Source: an uncultured delta proteobacterium (GTDB taxonomy: Bacteria; Myxococcota_A; Polyangia; Fen-1088). From it: 64,000 nt of DNA. The notes beneath the pieces were generated by a model. That model did no database searches. It saw only the letters and a program-made list of their open reading frames with translations, and was not told where the DNA came from. This document shows, piece by piece, positions 50,344 to 60,407 of this stretch. Numbering within the stretch: position 1 is the stretch's first letter; every line of letters begins with the position of its first letter. Where the stretch lies: the NCBI GenBank assembly GCA_963755125.1, contig CAVWIP010000008.1, positions 256,001-320,000 on the forward strand, given 5' to 3'. The translations under genes and the position numbers were made by a program.

Positions 50344-53300
50344 TTGCTCAACCAATGTCTTCTGATATGGGAACCCTCAAAGGGTTCCCACACCCTCCCG
50401 CGATGGTGCGCCGCCAGCAGAGCTGGCGGGCTCCCCACGCGATCAACATGGGAACCCTCAAAGGGTTCCCACACCCTCCCGCGATGGTGCGCCGCCAGCA
50501 GAGCTGGCAAAGCCGGCGGACTGCCCACGCGACGAGAAAACCCGCGATCATGCTTGGCGTCGTCATGGGCGTCTGGCTTTCTGCACCGGCCTATGCCGAG
50601 ACTGCGCAGGTACGCGCCATTCACGTCTCCGAGGCAGGGGGTGACACGGCGGTCGTGATATCCGCCTCGACGCGGCCCACATTTACGACCTGGAAGCTTG
50701 AACAGCCGGCGCGGGTCGTGGTGGACCTCAGCGCAGCCCGCCTGGGCAACGTCGAAGTTCCCCTGGACGCTGGCACCTTTGCTGTCGGACTGGTCAGCGC
50801 AAGCGTCAGTGAAGATGAAAGGGGCAGTCCTCGGACGCGCATTGTCTTGACGTTGCGACAGGCCTCCGACTATCGCGTCGAGGCACGCGGCAACGACATC
50901 GTGGTCCGGGTGATCCCCCATCTGCGCCCGACGGCGAGCAAGGCCGCAACGCCCGACCCCCATCAGGCCGACGTCACGGCCGAAGCGCAAGCCAAGGCCG
51001 CACGAGCCGAGGCACAAACCAAGGTCGAGGCGCAAGCCAAGGCCGAGGCGCAGGCCAAAGCTGAGGCGCAGGCCAGGGTGGCTTCCCAGGCCACTGCCGA
51101 GAATGCCCAGCTCAAACAACAGTTGCAGCAAGCCCGGCGCGACGCCGAGCAAGCCCAGGAGGCAGCCAAGACCGCCAGCGCCGAAAACGAACGGCAAAGG
51201 GCGGCTGCGGCCCGCGCAGACGAACACGTCAGCAACGCCGAGCACGAGGCCGAGCAAGCCCGCCGTCGCGCCGAGGCGGCCGAGCGGGAGGCGCGTATGG
51301 CCCGGCTGCGGGAGGCCGACCGCGACCGAGCCCTTCAGGCGGCCGCTCGTGAGGTCGAGGTGCGAACCGCGGCGCTCGAAGCCAAGGCGAAGAGCCAGGA
51401 GGAACAGCAGCGACGTCTGGCAGACGCCGAACGCATGGTCGCAGAACGCGAGGCGAAGCTGCGCGTGGCAGCCGACGATCTGGCCAAACGCGAGCAGGCT
51501 GCGCGCGCCGCCCAGGCCAAGCGTGAGCGGCTCGAACAAAGCGGCGCTTCGTCACCCGACAGGGCGCGTGCTGCTGCGGCGGTGGCCAAGGCCGAGCAGG
51601 AGCGGAGAAACGCGGCTGATGCAGCCGAGCGTTCGCGCAACGATCTCACCCTAGCGGTGGCCGCGCGCCGTGCAGAAGAAAAACGCCGCCAGGAAGAGAT
51701 GCGCGTCCGCCGGGAAGAGCAAGAGCAGTTGAAACTCGCCGAGTCCGCGCGTGCGGAGGAGGAGGCGCGCTTGGCCCAGGCGCGCGCCGAGCGGGCGCGA
51801 GTCGAGAGTGAACGTGCCAAGCTGGAGAAAGAGCGAGCCCAACTGGAGGCGGCTCGCGATGCGCTGGCGGCGGAGGTCAAGCGACTTGCGCAGGCGTCCA
51901 CCCTCGCCAAGCCAGCTCCGGCGGCACTTTCCGCCTCCGCGCCGGTCGCGGCCAAGCCCGTGCCAAAGGAGGATCGCGGGACCGTGCTCAGCGTGCGGCC
52001 TGCTGCCGATTCGGCCAAGCCGGTCGTGCGTCCACGCTCGGTCACTCTGCGTGTTCCCATCCGCGTCCGCCGCATCGATTTTGTCGACGAGCCCACCCGA
52101 TCTTCGGTCATCATCGACCTGGAAGAGCCGTCAGAATTCGCCGTCGAACGCCCGGCGCATCGGCGGGTCAGCTTGCGTCTCGACCACGCCGATCTCCCCG
52201 ACGATCTGGCGCGCAGTTTGGACGCCACCGAATACCTTGGCCCCGTCCGGATCATCAGTTCGTATCAGGATCCGCATGCCCGCGGTACGGTTCGAGTCGA
52301 CGTGGACCTGGCCGAGGATGTACCCAACCACGTTCGGCAGGATGGCAACCGTATCTACTGGGATTTCCAGAAGGCGACGCCGTCCAATGGACAAAAACTG
52401 CCCGCCCTGGGCGGTCGCCTGCCGCCGTCGGTCTTGTTCGTGCCCGCTCGCCGGGTGGCGGGCTTCAGTGTCACGTTGTCGGGTTCCCTGGTGCTGGCCC
52501 AGCGCTCTGCACGCAAGGCCGACGAGGAGAAGGAGACGCAGGAACTGGCAGCACGGCGTGCGACCTTGTCGGGGAAAAAGCGCTACACCGGTCGCCGTAT
52601 CGATCTGGATTTCAAAGGGGCTGACATCCACAACATCTTGCGTCTGCTGGCAGACGTGGGGCAAATGAACATCGTCACCTCGGACGAGGTTAAGGGCGAG
52701 GTCACCATCAAGATGCGCGATGTACCCTGGGACCAGGCCTTGGACGTCGTGTTGCGGGCCAAGAACCTGGGATCGGTTCGCGAGGGAAATCTGGTTCGCG
52801 TGGCGCCCCTGTCGGCGCTGGAGAAAGAACTGGAACAGGAGATTGCTCGCCAGAAGCAGATGGCGGAAGTCTTGCCCACGGAAACTCGACTCATCGGCGT
52901 GTCGTACGCGCACGCCACCTCACTGCAAGACAAGGCCAAGGACCTGCTGTCACCGCGAGGCAAGATATCGGTCGACGACCGCACCAACAACCTGATCGTG
53001 TCCGATGTGGCGCGCAACCTGCAACTCATTGAGGACTTGGTGCGCAACCTCGATACCCAGACTTCGCAGGTGGTCATCGAGGCCCGCATCATAGAGGCGA
53101 CAACGGATTATTCCCGCCAGTTCGGCATCCAGTGGGGCGGCAACACCTTCATGGATACGACACACGGCAACCCAACGGGTCTGGTCTTCCCCTACAACGT
53201 CGGCATCGGCGGCGGTGCAGACGACTCCAAGGCGTCCGTATCTGGTCTGGTTCCGGACATCCGAACCGGCGTCCCCGGGGGAACAAATCCGAATTTCGTC

Positions 53301-53897
53301 GTCAATATGCCTGCCCCCGTCGGCCTCAACACCGGCGCGGCCATCGGCCTCACCTTGGGTTCAGTGGCAGGGGCCTTCAACTTGAATCTGCGCCTCTCGG
53401 CCATGGAGTCCACTGGCACAGTCCGCATCCTGTCTTCACCGCGGGTCACCACCATGGACAACATCGATGCCACCATCGAACAGGGTGTTTCGATCCCGGT
53501 GTCGGTCGTGAGCGCGATGGGCGCCCAGACACAGTTCGTGGACGCCAAGCTTCACCTGGGTGTCAAGCCGCATGTCACCAACGAAGGCACTGTCATGCTC
53601 ACGGTCACGGTGACCAACAATACGCCGGACTTCGTCAACACCGGCGCCCGCGGCGACCCCACCATCCAGAAGAAGGAAGCCAAGACGACCATGCTGGTGC
53701 GCGACGGCGACACCGGGGTCATCGGCGGGATCTACACGCGCAACTCAGGTCTCAGCTTCACCAAGGTTCCGTATTTTGCCGACATCCCGGTGTTGGGCTA
53801 CCTGTTCCGCAGCCGCAAAGAAAATGACGACCGCACCGAATTGCTGATCTTCATCACGCCACGCATCGTGAACCGGGCTCGCGCACTTGGGCAGTAG
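50340..53897 (+). CDS. pilQ: Type IV pilus secretin PilQ with AMIN domains and a long coiled-coil insertion
   Basis: YTGRRIDLDF, VPWDQALD, D.RTN, QV.IEARI, KVP..ADIP.LG.LF, ELLIFITPRI; ATGA overlap with pilP. Confidence 0.95.
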   Translation: MIAQPMSSDMGTLKGFPHPPAMVRRQQSWRAPHAINMGTLKGFPHPPAMVRRQQSWQSRRTAHATRKPAIMLGVVMGVWLSAPAYAETAQVRAIHVSEAGGDTAVVISASTRPTFTTWKLEQPARVVVDLSAARLGNVEVPLDAGTFAVGLVSASVSEDERGSPRTRIVLTLRQASDYRVEARGNDIVVRVIPHLRPTASKAATPDPHQADVTAEAQAKAARAEAQTKVEAQAKAEAQAKAEAQARVASQATAENAQLKQQLQQARRDAEQAQEAAKTASAENERQRAAAARADEHVSNAEHEAEQARRRAEAAEREARMARLREADRDRALQAAAREVEVRTAALEAKAKSQEEQQRRLADAERMVAEREAKLRVAADDLAKREQAARAAQAKRERLEQSGASSPDRARAAAAVAKAEQERRNAADAAERSRNDLTLAVAARRAEEKRRQEEMRVRREEQEQLKLAESARAEEEARLAQARAERARVESERAKLEKERAQLEAARDALAAEVKRLAQASTLAKPAPAALSASAPVAAKPVPKEDRGTVLSVRPAADSAKPVVRPRSVTLRVPIRVRRIDFVDEPTRSSVIIDLEEPSEFAVERPAHRRVSLRLDHADLPDDLARSLDATEYLGPVRIISSYQDPHARGTVRVDVDLAEDVPNHVRQDGNRIYWDFQKATPSNGQKLPALGGRLPPSVLFVPARRVAGFSVTLSGSLVLAQRSARKADEEKETQELAARRATLSGKKRYTGRRIDLDFKGADIHNILRLLADVGQMNIVTSDEVKGEVTIKMRDVPWDQALDVVLRAKNLGSVREGNLVRVAPLSALEKELEQEIARQKQMAEVLPTETRLIGVSYAHATSLQDKAKDLLSPRGKISVDDRTNNLIVSDVARNLQLIEDLVRNLDTQTSQVVIEARIIEATTDYSRQFGIQWGGNTFMDTTHGNPTGLVFPYNVGIGGGADDSKASVSGLVPDIRTGVPGGTNPNFVVNMPAPVGLNTGAAIGLTLGSVAGAFNLNLRLSAMESTGTVRILSSPRVTTMDNIDATIEQGVSIPVSVVSAMGAQTQFVDAKLHLGVKPHVTNEGTVMLTVTVTNNTPDFVNTGARGDPTIQKKEAKTTMLVRDGDTGVIGGIYTRNSGLSFTKVPYFADIPVLGYLFRSRKENDDRTELLIFITPRIVNRARALGQ
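50367..50508 (+). repeat. Two identical 61-bp palindrome-containing repeats, 81-bp period, in frame within the pilQ 5' end
   Basis: Copies at 50367-50427 and 50448-50508; each contains TGGGAACCCT-CAA-AGGGTTCCCA. Confidence 0.9.
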
Positions 53898-53946
53898 CGA
53901 CAACGACGAGGGAGTAGAATTTCATCAAAACGACATGGAGAGAGCC

Positions 53947-54807
53947 ATGACAGCAAGCAACTGCAGAACCATTGGTCGAGTGGTCGCCCTCGGCATCCCT
54001 CTTGGCGTCTTCCTGTCCCTCGCCGCATGCGTGATTGACGACGGCCCCACAGGGCTGCTCATCGAGCAGGACCAGTGGATTGCGACGGGATCCACTGGCT
54101 GCGTGGTTCCCGGAACAGCTACCTCCCAGCGGAGAAGCGAAGGCATTCTGGACGTCGCGGTTCTCGACCAGAACGACACGCGCTACTACTTCTACCCGCT
54201 GGTGGAGAGTCTGTTGGGCTCCTTGACCGGGGCGGGAACCAACCTCGCGTACACGCCGACCGAAGAAAAGAACAACATCACCATGAAATCGTTCCACGTC
54301 GAATTGGACGTGGCCACCAGCGCCGGCGCCGGATTTGCGTGGAGTTCCGGGTGCCCGGGCACATTTGACGTTCCAGTCGACTCATGGCTGCTTCCGCCTG
54401 GCGGCACCGTCTCTGAGATGGTGGAGATCATCAGGCCCTGCAACGCAGCCCCACTCTTCGACTCCCTGCAGGCGAATCAGTCCGTCACCTCAATCACGGT
54501 GACAGCCACAGTTCGGGCCGTGGGACGCCTGGGAAGTTCGGACATCCAGAGCCCGCCTTTCGCATTCCCGGTGCAAGTCTGCTACGGCTGCCTCCAGTCG
54601 GGATTTTCCGACCCGACTGCTTCGCAGTTCGACTTTCCGGCGGTGCCCCTGTGCTCGGATCTTACGACTAACCCGTACACCGGTGATCCGTGCAATCCGG
54701 CCCAGGACGACCCCATCCTTTGCTGTGCTACGGACGTCAACGCCCAGGGCCAGCCGACGGGGGTGCTGTGTCCGGCGATCCCGACGGGCACCAGCACGAC
54801 GCACTGA
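53947..54807 (+). CDS. Cys-rich lipoprotein downstream of pilQ
   Basis: Lipobox LAAC; F.FPV.VC.GCL...C...QD motif. Confidence 0.75.
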   Translation: MTASNCRTIGRVVALGIPLGVFLSLAACVIDDGPTGLLIEQDQWIATGSTGCVVPGTATSQRRSEGILDVAVLDQNDTRYYFYPLVESLLGSLTGAGTNLAYTPTEEKNNITMKSFHVELDVATSAGAGFAWSSGCPGTFDVPVDSWLLPPGGTVSEMVEIIRPCNAAPLFDSLQANQSVTSITVTATVRAVGRLGSSDIQSPPFAFPVQVCYGCLQSGFSDPTASQFDFPAVPLCSDLTTNPYTGDPCNPAQDDPILCCATDVNAQGQPTGVLCPAIPTGTSTTH

Positions 54808-54831
54808 CAGAGCCGCCCCAGCCAGCCGCTA

Positions 54832-54861
54832 TTGACACGCCCGGCTCGCGGTGGCTAGAAA
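54832..54861 (+). promoter_or_regulatory. Possible sigma70 promoter
   Basis: TTGACA-N18-TAGAAA upstream of the roadblock gene. Confidence 0.3.
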
Positions 54862-54874
54862 CAAAGTGCAAGTC

Positions 54875-55243
54875 ATGTTCCGCGACATCCTTCAGAAGAT
54901 GGTGGACCGCCTCGATGGGGGATTGGCGGGCATATTGATGGGCTTTGACGGCATCGCGGTTGAACATTACAGCCGGGAAGAGCACGACGGGAAGGAAGGG
55001 ATTGACATCCAGACTGTCGGCATGGAACTGGCCCACGCGGTTTCACAGATGCGCAAAGCGGTCGAACGGCTCGACTTGGGGCAAACGGCCGAGATCACCG
55101 TGCGAACGGACAAGTTGGTTATTCTGGTGTACGTGCTGAGTGAGGAATACTTCGTAGCCTGTGCCGTGCGCCCCGAGGCCAGCTTCGGCAAAGCGCGCTA
55201 CGTGATGCGCCTGGTGGCTCCCCAAATCCGGGCTGATCTGTGA
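54875..55243 (+). CDS. mglC: Roadblock/LC7 protein (MglC-like)
   Basis: LMGFDGI.V, E....T.K, GKARY; position after pilQ and its lipoprotein matches the myxobacterial order as recalled. Confidence 0.75.
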   Translation: MFRDILQKMVDRLDGGLAGILMGFDGIAVEHYSREEHDGKEGIDIQTVGMELAHAVSQMRKAVERLDLGQTAEITVRTDKLVILVYVLSEEYFVACAVRPEASFGKARYVMRLVAPQIRADL

Positions 55244-55797
55244 GCGCCGAGCGGACATCTTTGCCTGTCGTCGTGGTTCTGCATGGCCCAAATCTGAACC
55301 TGCTGGGCTCACGAGAACCCGATATCTACGGCCACACCACGCTGCAAGAAATCAACGATGGTCTGCAGAAGAGGGGGCGCGAATTGGGGTTGCTGGTCAA
55401 GACCTTTCAATCGAACCACGAAGGCGCCCTCATCGATCGGGTGCAGCAGGCACGCGGGCAGGCCAGCGGTCTTATCATCAACGCTGGCGGGCTAACTCAT
55501 ACCAGTGTCTCTCTGCGGGATGCCATCGCAGCTGTCGCGCTGCCGACCGTGGAGGTGCATCTGTCCAACCTTCATGCGCGGGAGAAGTTTCGCCACCGCT
55601 CGCTGCTGGCCCCGGTTTGCCTTGGGCAAATTGCCGGGCTGGGGCCCGTGGGCTACCGTCTCGCGCTTGAGGCACTCGTGCACCTCATCGCCCCGCCACC
55701 GCTTGCACAGTCCGCGCCCTACCCCGACGGTGAATCGTCTCCCGCAAAGCCGCGCTCTGCGGTCGTCTCTCCGAAGAAAGGATCCCCCAACCGATGA
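55240..55797 (+). CDS. aroQ: Type II 3-dehydroquinate dehydratase
   Basis: HGPNLNLLGSREP.IYG, QSNHEG, THTSV..RDA, EVHLSN..ARE.FRH.S. Confidence 0.96.
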   Translation: MSAERTSLPVVVVLHGPNLNLLGSREPDIYGHTTLQEINDGLQKRGRELGLLVKTFQSNHEGALIDRVQQARGQASGLIINAGGLTHTSVSLRDAIAAVALPTVEVHLSNLHAREKFRHRSLLAPVCLGQIAGLGPVGYRLALEALVHLIAPPPLAQSAPYPDGESSPAKPRSAVVSPKKGSPNR

Positions 55798-56327
55798 GCA
55801 AAGCCAAAGCCCCAGTCCGGAAGGACGAGAAGAAGTCCTCGTCTTGCTGTTGCGAGGAGCCGCTGTGCGCCCTCGGGCCCGAGGAACTCGCCACAGTTCG
55901 GGAACTGGCCGAGATCGCAAACGAGTTTGATCTGGCTGAACTGGGTGTCGACCCCTGCGGGGGGATACGCATCGTGCGCCGTCAAGCGAACGGCGGATTG
56001 GCCGTGTCCGCAGCGCCCGCCGCGCCCCCCTTGCCCCCGCCCGCGCCTGCTTCGACGGTCGACAAGGCGGACAAATCTGCCGAGAGCGGCGTGCTCCTCA
56101 CCTCACCGTTCGTTGGCACTTTCTACCGTGCGCCGGCGCCCGAGGCGCCCCCGTTCGTGGAGGCCGGCCAAGCCGTGCGCAAGGGTCAGGTCGTGTGCAT
56201 CGTTGAAGCCATGAAACTGATGAACGAGATCGAATCCGAATTCGACGGCAAGGTCCTCGAGATACTGGTGAAGAACGCGGAACACGTCGAGTATGGCCAG
56301 CCCTTGTTCCGCATCGAGAAGGCCTAG
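55794..56327 (+). CDS. accB: Acetyl-CoA carboxylase biotin carboxyl carrier protein
   Basis: [29 protein letters not shown]. Confidence 0.96.
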   Translation: MSKAKAPVRKDEKKSSSCCCEEPLCALGPEELATVRELAEIANEFDLAELGVDPCGGIRIVRRQANGGLAVSAAPAAPPLPPPAPASTVDKADKSAESGVLLTSPFVGTFYRAPAPEAPPFVEAGQAVRKGQVVCIVEAMKLMNEIESEFDGKVLEILVKNAEHVEYGQPLFRIEKA

Positions 56328-56334
56328 GACGATC

Positions 56335-56394
56335 TCACCACAGAAGACACGGACCTCAAGCTCGGCTGCGTATTCTCTGTCTGCTCTGTGGTGA
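56335..56394. repeat. Short inverted-repeat element between accB and accC
   Basis: TCACCACAGA (56335-56344) ... TCTGTGGTGA (56385-56394). Confidence 0.6.
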
Positions 56395-56413
56395 ATCCGA
56401 AAGCACTACCACC

Positions 56414-57736
56414 GTGTTCAAGAAAGTACTGATAGCCAACCGTGGCGAAATCGCCCTACGTGTGATTCGTGCCTGTCGCGACATGGGAATCCGGTCGGTC
56501 GCGGTCCATTCCACCGCCGACACGGACGCCCTGCACGTCCGTTTCGCTGATGAGAAGGTGTGTATCGGCCCGCCTCCCACGCGCCAGAGCTACAACAACA
56601 TCCCCGCCCTGATCAGTGCGGCCGAAGTGACCGGCGCCGACGCCATCCACCCGGGCTACGGATTTCTGGCCGAGAACGCCGAGTTTGCTGAAGTCGTGGA
56701 GAAGTGTGGCCTGCATTGGATTGGCCCCCAGCCCGAACTGATGCGACTCATGGGCGACAAGGTGTCCGCTCGCAAGGCGATGGAGGCGGCGGGTGTTCCG
56801 GTGGTTCCGGGTTCACCCATCATCGAAACCGACCGTCAGGCGGACGAGGCGGTCGAACGCATCGGCCTGCCCGTCATCATCAAGGCGACCGGCGGCGGTG
56901 GCGGTCGGGGCATGAAGATCGTCGAAGACAAGTCGCGGCTGCTCGCCCAGCTGGCCTCGGCCCGGGCCGAAGCCCAGGCCGGATTCAACAACCCGGCAGT
57001 CTACCTGGAGCGCTACATCGGACGGCCCCGCCACATCGAGGTGCAGGTTCTGGGTGATGGCTCGTCGGCCATCGCCATGGGCGAGCGCGAGTGCTCCATC
57101 CAGCGCCGACACCAGAAACTGATCGAGGAGGCACCTTCGGTGGCGCTCGACGACGCGCGGCGCGTAGAGCTTCTGCGCGCAGCACGCAAGGCCACCGCAG
57201 CCATCGGCTACCGCACGGTTGGCACCCTGGAATTCCTGCTCGACCAGGACAAGCACTTTTACTTCATCGAAATGAACACGCGCATCCAAGTCGAGCACAC
57301 CGTCACCGAGACGGTCTTTGGCCTGGATCTGGTGCGGGAGCAGATGAAGCTGGCCGCAGGGGACCCACTGCGTCTCCATCCAGACATGCGGCCACGCGGT
57401 CACGCGATCGAGGTTCGCATCAATGCGGAGGATCCTGTAACCTTCGCGCCCTCGCCCGGGCTCATCACGGCACTCAACCTCCCCGGCGGGCCAGGAGTGC
57501 GCGTCGACACGCACATCTACGCCCACTATCGCGTTCCCTCGTATTACGACTCGTTGCTGGCAAAGCTGATCGTGCATGGGGAGAACCGTCCCGTCGCCTT
57601 GGCCAGGTTGCGTCGGGCGTTGGCCGAGGTGGTGGTGGAGGGAATCAAGACCAACGTCGACCTCCACAAGCGGGTCATCGACCACCCGGATTTCATCGCC
57701 GGCCGCTTCGATACTCACTTCCTCGAACGCCTTTGA
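56414..57736 (+). CDS. accC: Biotin carboxylase
   Basis: [53 protein letters not shown]. Confidence 0.97.
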   Translation: MFKKVLIANRGEIALRVIRACRDMGIRSVAVHSTADTDALHVRFADEKVCIGPPPTRQSYNNIPALISAAEVTGADAIHPGYGFLAENAEFAEVVEKCGLHWIGPQPELMRLMGDKVSARKAMEAAGVPVVPGSPIIETDRQADEAVERIGLPVIIKATGGGGGRGMKIVEDKSRLLAQLASARAEAQAGFNNPAVYLERYIGRPRHIEVQVLGDGSSAIAMGERECSIQRRHQKLIEEAPSVALDDARRVELLRAARKATAAIGYRTVGTLEFLLDQDKHFYFIEMNTRIQVEHTVTETVFGLDLVREQMKLAAGDPLRLHPDMRPRGHAIEVRINAEDPVTFAPSPGLITALNLPGGPGVRVDTHIYAHYRVPSYYDSLLAKLIVHGENRPVALARLRRALAEVVVEGIKTNVDLHKRVIDHPDFIAGRFDTHFLERL

Positions 57737-57798
57737 GTCGGCTGCGGCGTGACGATCGGAGCCACATCCTCGGCGCTGGCTCCCTCGTTTCTGCGGTG

Positions 57799-57807
57799 TG
57801 CTATGAT
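57799..57807 (+). promoter_or_regulatory. Extended -10 promoter candidate
   Basis: TGCTATGAT about 80 bp upstream of the TPR gene. Confidence 0.35.
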
Positions 57808-57886
57808 GGCGGGCAATCGCAAACTTCAGTCCACGCCTTTACAGGTTTACCGTATGCGGTAACACTGTTAGAGCGGACCCGTCCAG

Positions 57887-60274
57887 GTGGTAACCAAGAA
57901 AGACAAGTACCTCGCAGCAGCGCAGAAGTACCTTGAGCGGGGAAGCCTTGAAAAGGCTTTGGCGGAGTTCCAGAACGCCGTCAAGGAAGATGCCAAGGAT
58001 ACCCGCACATGGCTGCGCATGGCGGAGGTGCACGTTCGCCTCGGACAGAACGACAAGGCCACCGAGGTTTATCAGAAGACGGTGGACCTGTACGTCGAGC
58101 AGGGGTTCTTCCAGCGCGCGGTAGCGGTCTACAAGAACATCATCAAGCTTGCTCCTGAGTCGGTGGAGGCCCGCCTCAAGCTGGCGGATGTCTACCGCCA
58201 GCTGGGACTGTTCTCGGATGCCATCCAGCACCTGGAACAGGCTGTCTCGCTACACCAGAAGGCCGGCCGGATTTCCGAGGCGCTGGCCGCAATGAAGCAG
58301 ATCCTCGATCTCAATCCCGATCAGCCGGCCACGCGCATCCGCTATGCCGAGATGGCTGTGCAAGCGGGACAGGTGGACGAGGCGGCGGTCCAGTTCCGCG
58401 AGGCGGCCAGTCTGCTCAAAGCGCAAGGGCGAACTGATGAGTTCACGCGTGTGGCTGAGCGAATCCTGTACTATCAGCCCGAAGATCTTGCCCTGAGCAA
58501 GGAGGTTGCCTCCGGTTACCTCGATCGCAACAACGCCCGGGCCGCCCTCGCCCGCCTCAAGCCCTGTTTCGATGCCAACCAGAGCGATCCTGCGATCCTC
58601 GATCTTCTGGCCCGCTGCTTCGAGCAACTAGGGCAGCCGCACAAGAGCCTGCCGGTGCTCAAGGAACTCTGTCGCATCTACGGCAGCACCGGACGCATGG
58701 CGGAGCGCAACCACACCATCCAGCGGGCGCTGGCCCTGGATCCGAATGATCCAGAAATCCACGCGATGCTGGGGGGCACGTCTCCTGGCAGCGGCCAGGG
58801 CTCCGCGCCTGTCATCCCTCTGCACCGGCGGATGCCCACCCTGTCGAGCGGCACGACGCCCAGTCCAGTGACGCCCAACCGATCCGTGGCCATCACCTTC
58901 AGCGAGATGGAGGTTCCGACTGCCCTGCAAAACAAGTACAAGACGCCATCTCCTGATGACGTTCCCAGTGTAGCAGACCGAATGGCCATCGCCTCGGGCC
59001 TGGTGGAGAAGCCCGAAGAGGAGGCCGAAATCAAGAGGATCCTGGCCGAGGCCGATGTGTTCGTGAAGTACGGTCTGGTAGAGCGTGCCGCCGAACATCT
59101 TCGACACGTGTTCGAGCGAGTTCCCACGCATGTTGGGGCGCACGAGCGCCTGGCCGCGGTGTTGATCCAACTCGGCCGCAAGGCCGAAGCGGCCGCGGAA
59201 CTGGAGGTTCTGGCCCATCAGCTTTTCCCGTCCAGCCGCACCAACGCGGCCACTTACGCGCGCCGAGCGCTGGAATTGAACCCGAGCGCAAGGCGGGCAC
59301 AGGAACTGCTGGCTGCGGCCAATCGCATGACACCAGGGACTGCACTGCCCGCGGCGGTGGCAGCCGGCGCAGCTGCCCCTTCCCGCAAAGGGGGAACGCC
59401 CGAGCCCGAACTGATTGACAGCAGCGATATCGAGATCCTTGGGGATGGGACCACAGGGGAGGAGGAGGCGGAAAAGACCCGCGCGGTGGTGGCGCTGGCC
59501 GACGCGTTCGGGAGCGGCGAGGTCGATGCTGGGGGAGAGGCTGGGGACTTTGACGAGGGAAACACGCCTGCTTCACCCGCAGCCCGACCAGGACCGCAAA
59601 GCGTGCAAGCACCTCCCGCGAACAGGGCGGACGAAGAGGACGTAGCTTCTAATGCGGTGTTGGGCGACCTGGAGCAAGTGGATTTCTTCATCGAGCAGGA
59701 TCTGGGCGACGAGGCGCAGGCATTGCTCGACGATCTCGAGCGCCGCCATCCTGGCCACATCCTGGTAGCGGACCGACGCGAGAAGCTGATGGCTCTCAGG
59801 CAAAACGCGGCGCCCACACAACTGCTGACGCCGGAACCGACCGTGCCCGCGGAGCCGGCCCCGGTGCCGCACGCGGCCACGGGAACATCCGCCTCGCGAG
59901 ACCTCGACACCGAGGCTGACCTGGGCCTGATGAACAAGAGCATGGAGCGCCACGATCTCGCCATCCAGCACTTCACGGCGCTGCTGGGCGACCCGAGGCG
60001 TGAAGTCTTTGCCCTTAGCATGATCGGCGAAAGCCACGAGGCCATGGGCAACCACGCTGAGGCCACTCGTTGCTTCCAGGATGCGCTCAAGAGTCCGCGT
60101 GCCACCGAGGAAGAGGCCACGCAACTCTACTTCCTGCTCGGCAACGTCTTTTACAACACGGGCGATCGCGCCGAGGCCCTCTATTACTTCGAGCGCGTTT
60201 CCAAGCGAGATCCGACCTTCCGTGACGTACAGCGCCGTTTGGCTGCACTGAAGTCGCGCGGCAGCCCTCAGTAG
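57887..60274 (+). CDS. TPR protein, SgmX-like
   Basis: N-terminal TPR array, E.DVF.KYGL motif, C-terminal TPRs ending FRDV..RL; located after accC in a pil cluster. Confidence 0.75.
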   Translation: MVTKKDKYLAAAQKYLERGSLEKALAEFQNAVKEDAKDTRTWLRMAEVHVRLGQNDKATEVYQKTVDLYVEQGFFQRAVAVYKNIIKLAPESVEARLKLADVYRQLGLFSDAIQHLEQAVSLHQKAGRISEALAAMKQILDLNPDQPATRIRYAEMAVQAGQVDEAAVQFREAASLLKAQGRTDEFTRVAERILYYQPEDLALSKEVASGYLDRNNARAALARLKPCFDANQSDPAILDLLARCFEQLGQPHKSLPVLKELCRIYGSTGRMAERNHTIQRALALDPNDPEIHAMLGGTSPGSGQGSAPVIPLHRRMPTLSSGTTPSPVTPNRSVAITFSEMEVPTALQNKYKTPSPDDVPSVADRMAIASGLVEKPEEEAEIKRILAEADVFVKYGLVERAAEHLRHVFERVPTHVGAHERLAAVLIQLGRKAEAAAELEVLAHQLFPSSRTNAATYARRALELNPSARRAQELLAAANRMTPGTALPAAVAAGAAAPSRKGGTPEPELIDSSDIEILGDGTTGEEEAEKTRAVVALADAFGSGEVDAGGEAGDFDEGNTPASPAARPGPQSVQAPPANRADEEDVASNAVLGDLEQVDFFIEQDLGDEAQALLDDLERRHPGHILVADRREKLMALRQNAAPTQLLTPEPTVPAEPAPVPHAATGTSASRDLDTEADLGLMNKSMERHDLAIQHFTALLGDPRREVFALSMIGESHEAMGNHAEATRCFQDALKSPRATEEEATQLYFLLGNVFYNTGDRAEALYYFERVSKRDPTFRDVQRRLAALKSRGSPQ

Positions 60275-60407
60275 CTAGCAACTTCCGCCCTCGCACGGCT
60301 CTTGGTTTCCCGCGCCGGTGATGCTAGCGTCGGCTCCCTTACTAGAGCGTCACTTCCCTGGTTGTAGCCTGACCGGCGCCGTCGCCTGATCCTGCGGAGG
60401 GCCCGAA

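Noticed and set aside
50367..50508. Possible CRISPR array
   Set aside because: Only two units, 61 bp long with a 20-bp gap, in frame in pilQ, and no cas genes nearby.
55240..55797. aroQ as a prephenate-supply gene for the U32 enzyme
   Set aside because: It is 31 kb away and in the ordinary aroQ-accB-accC context.
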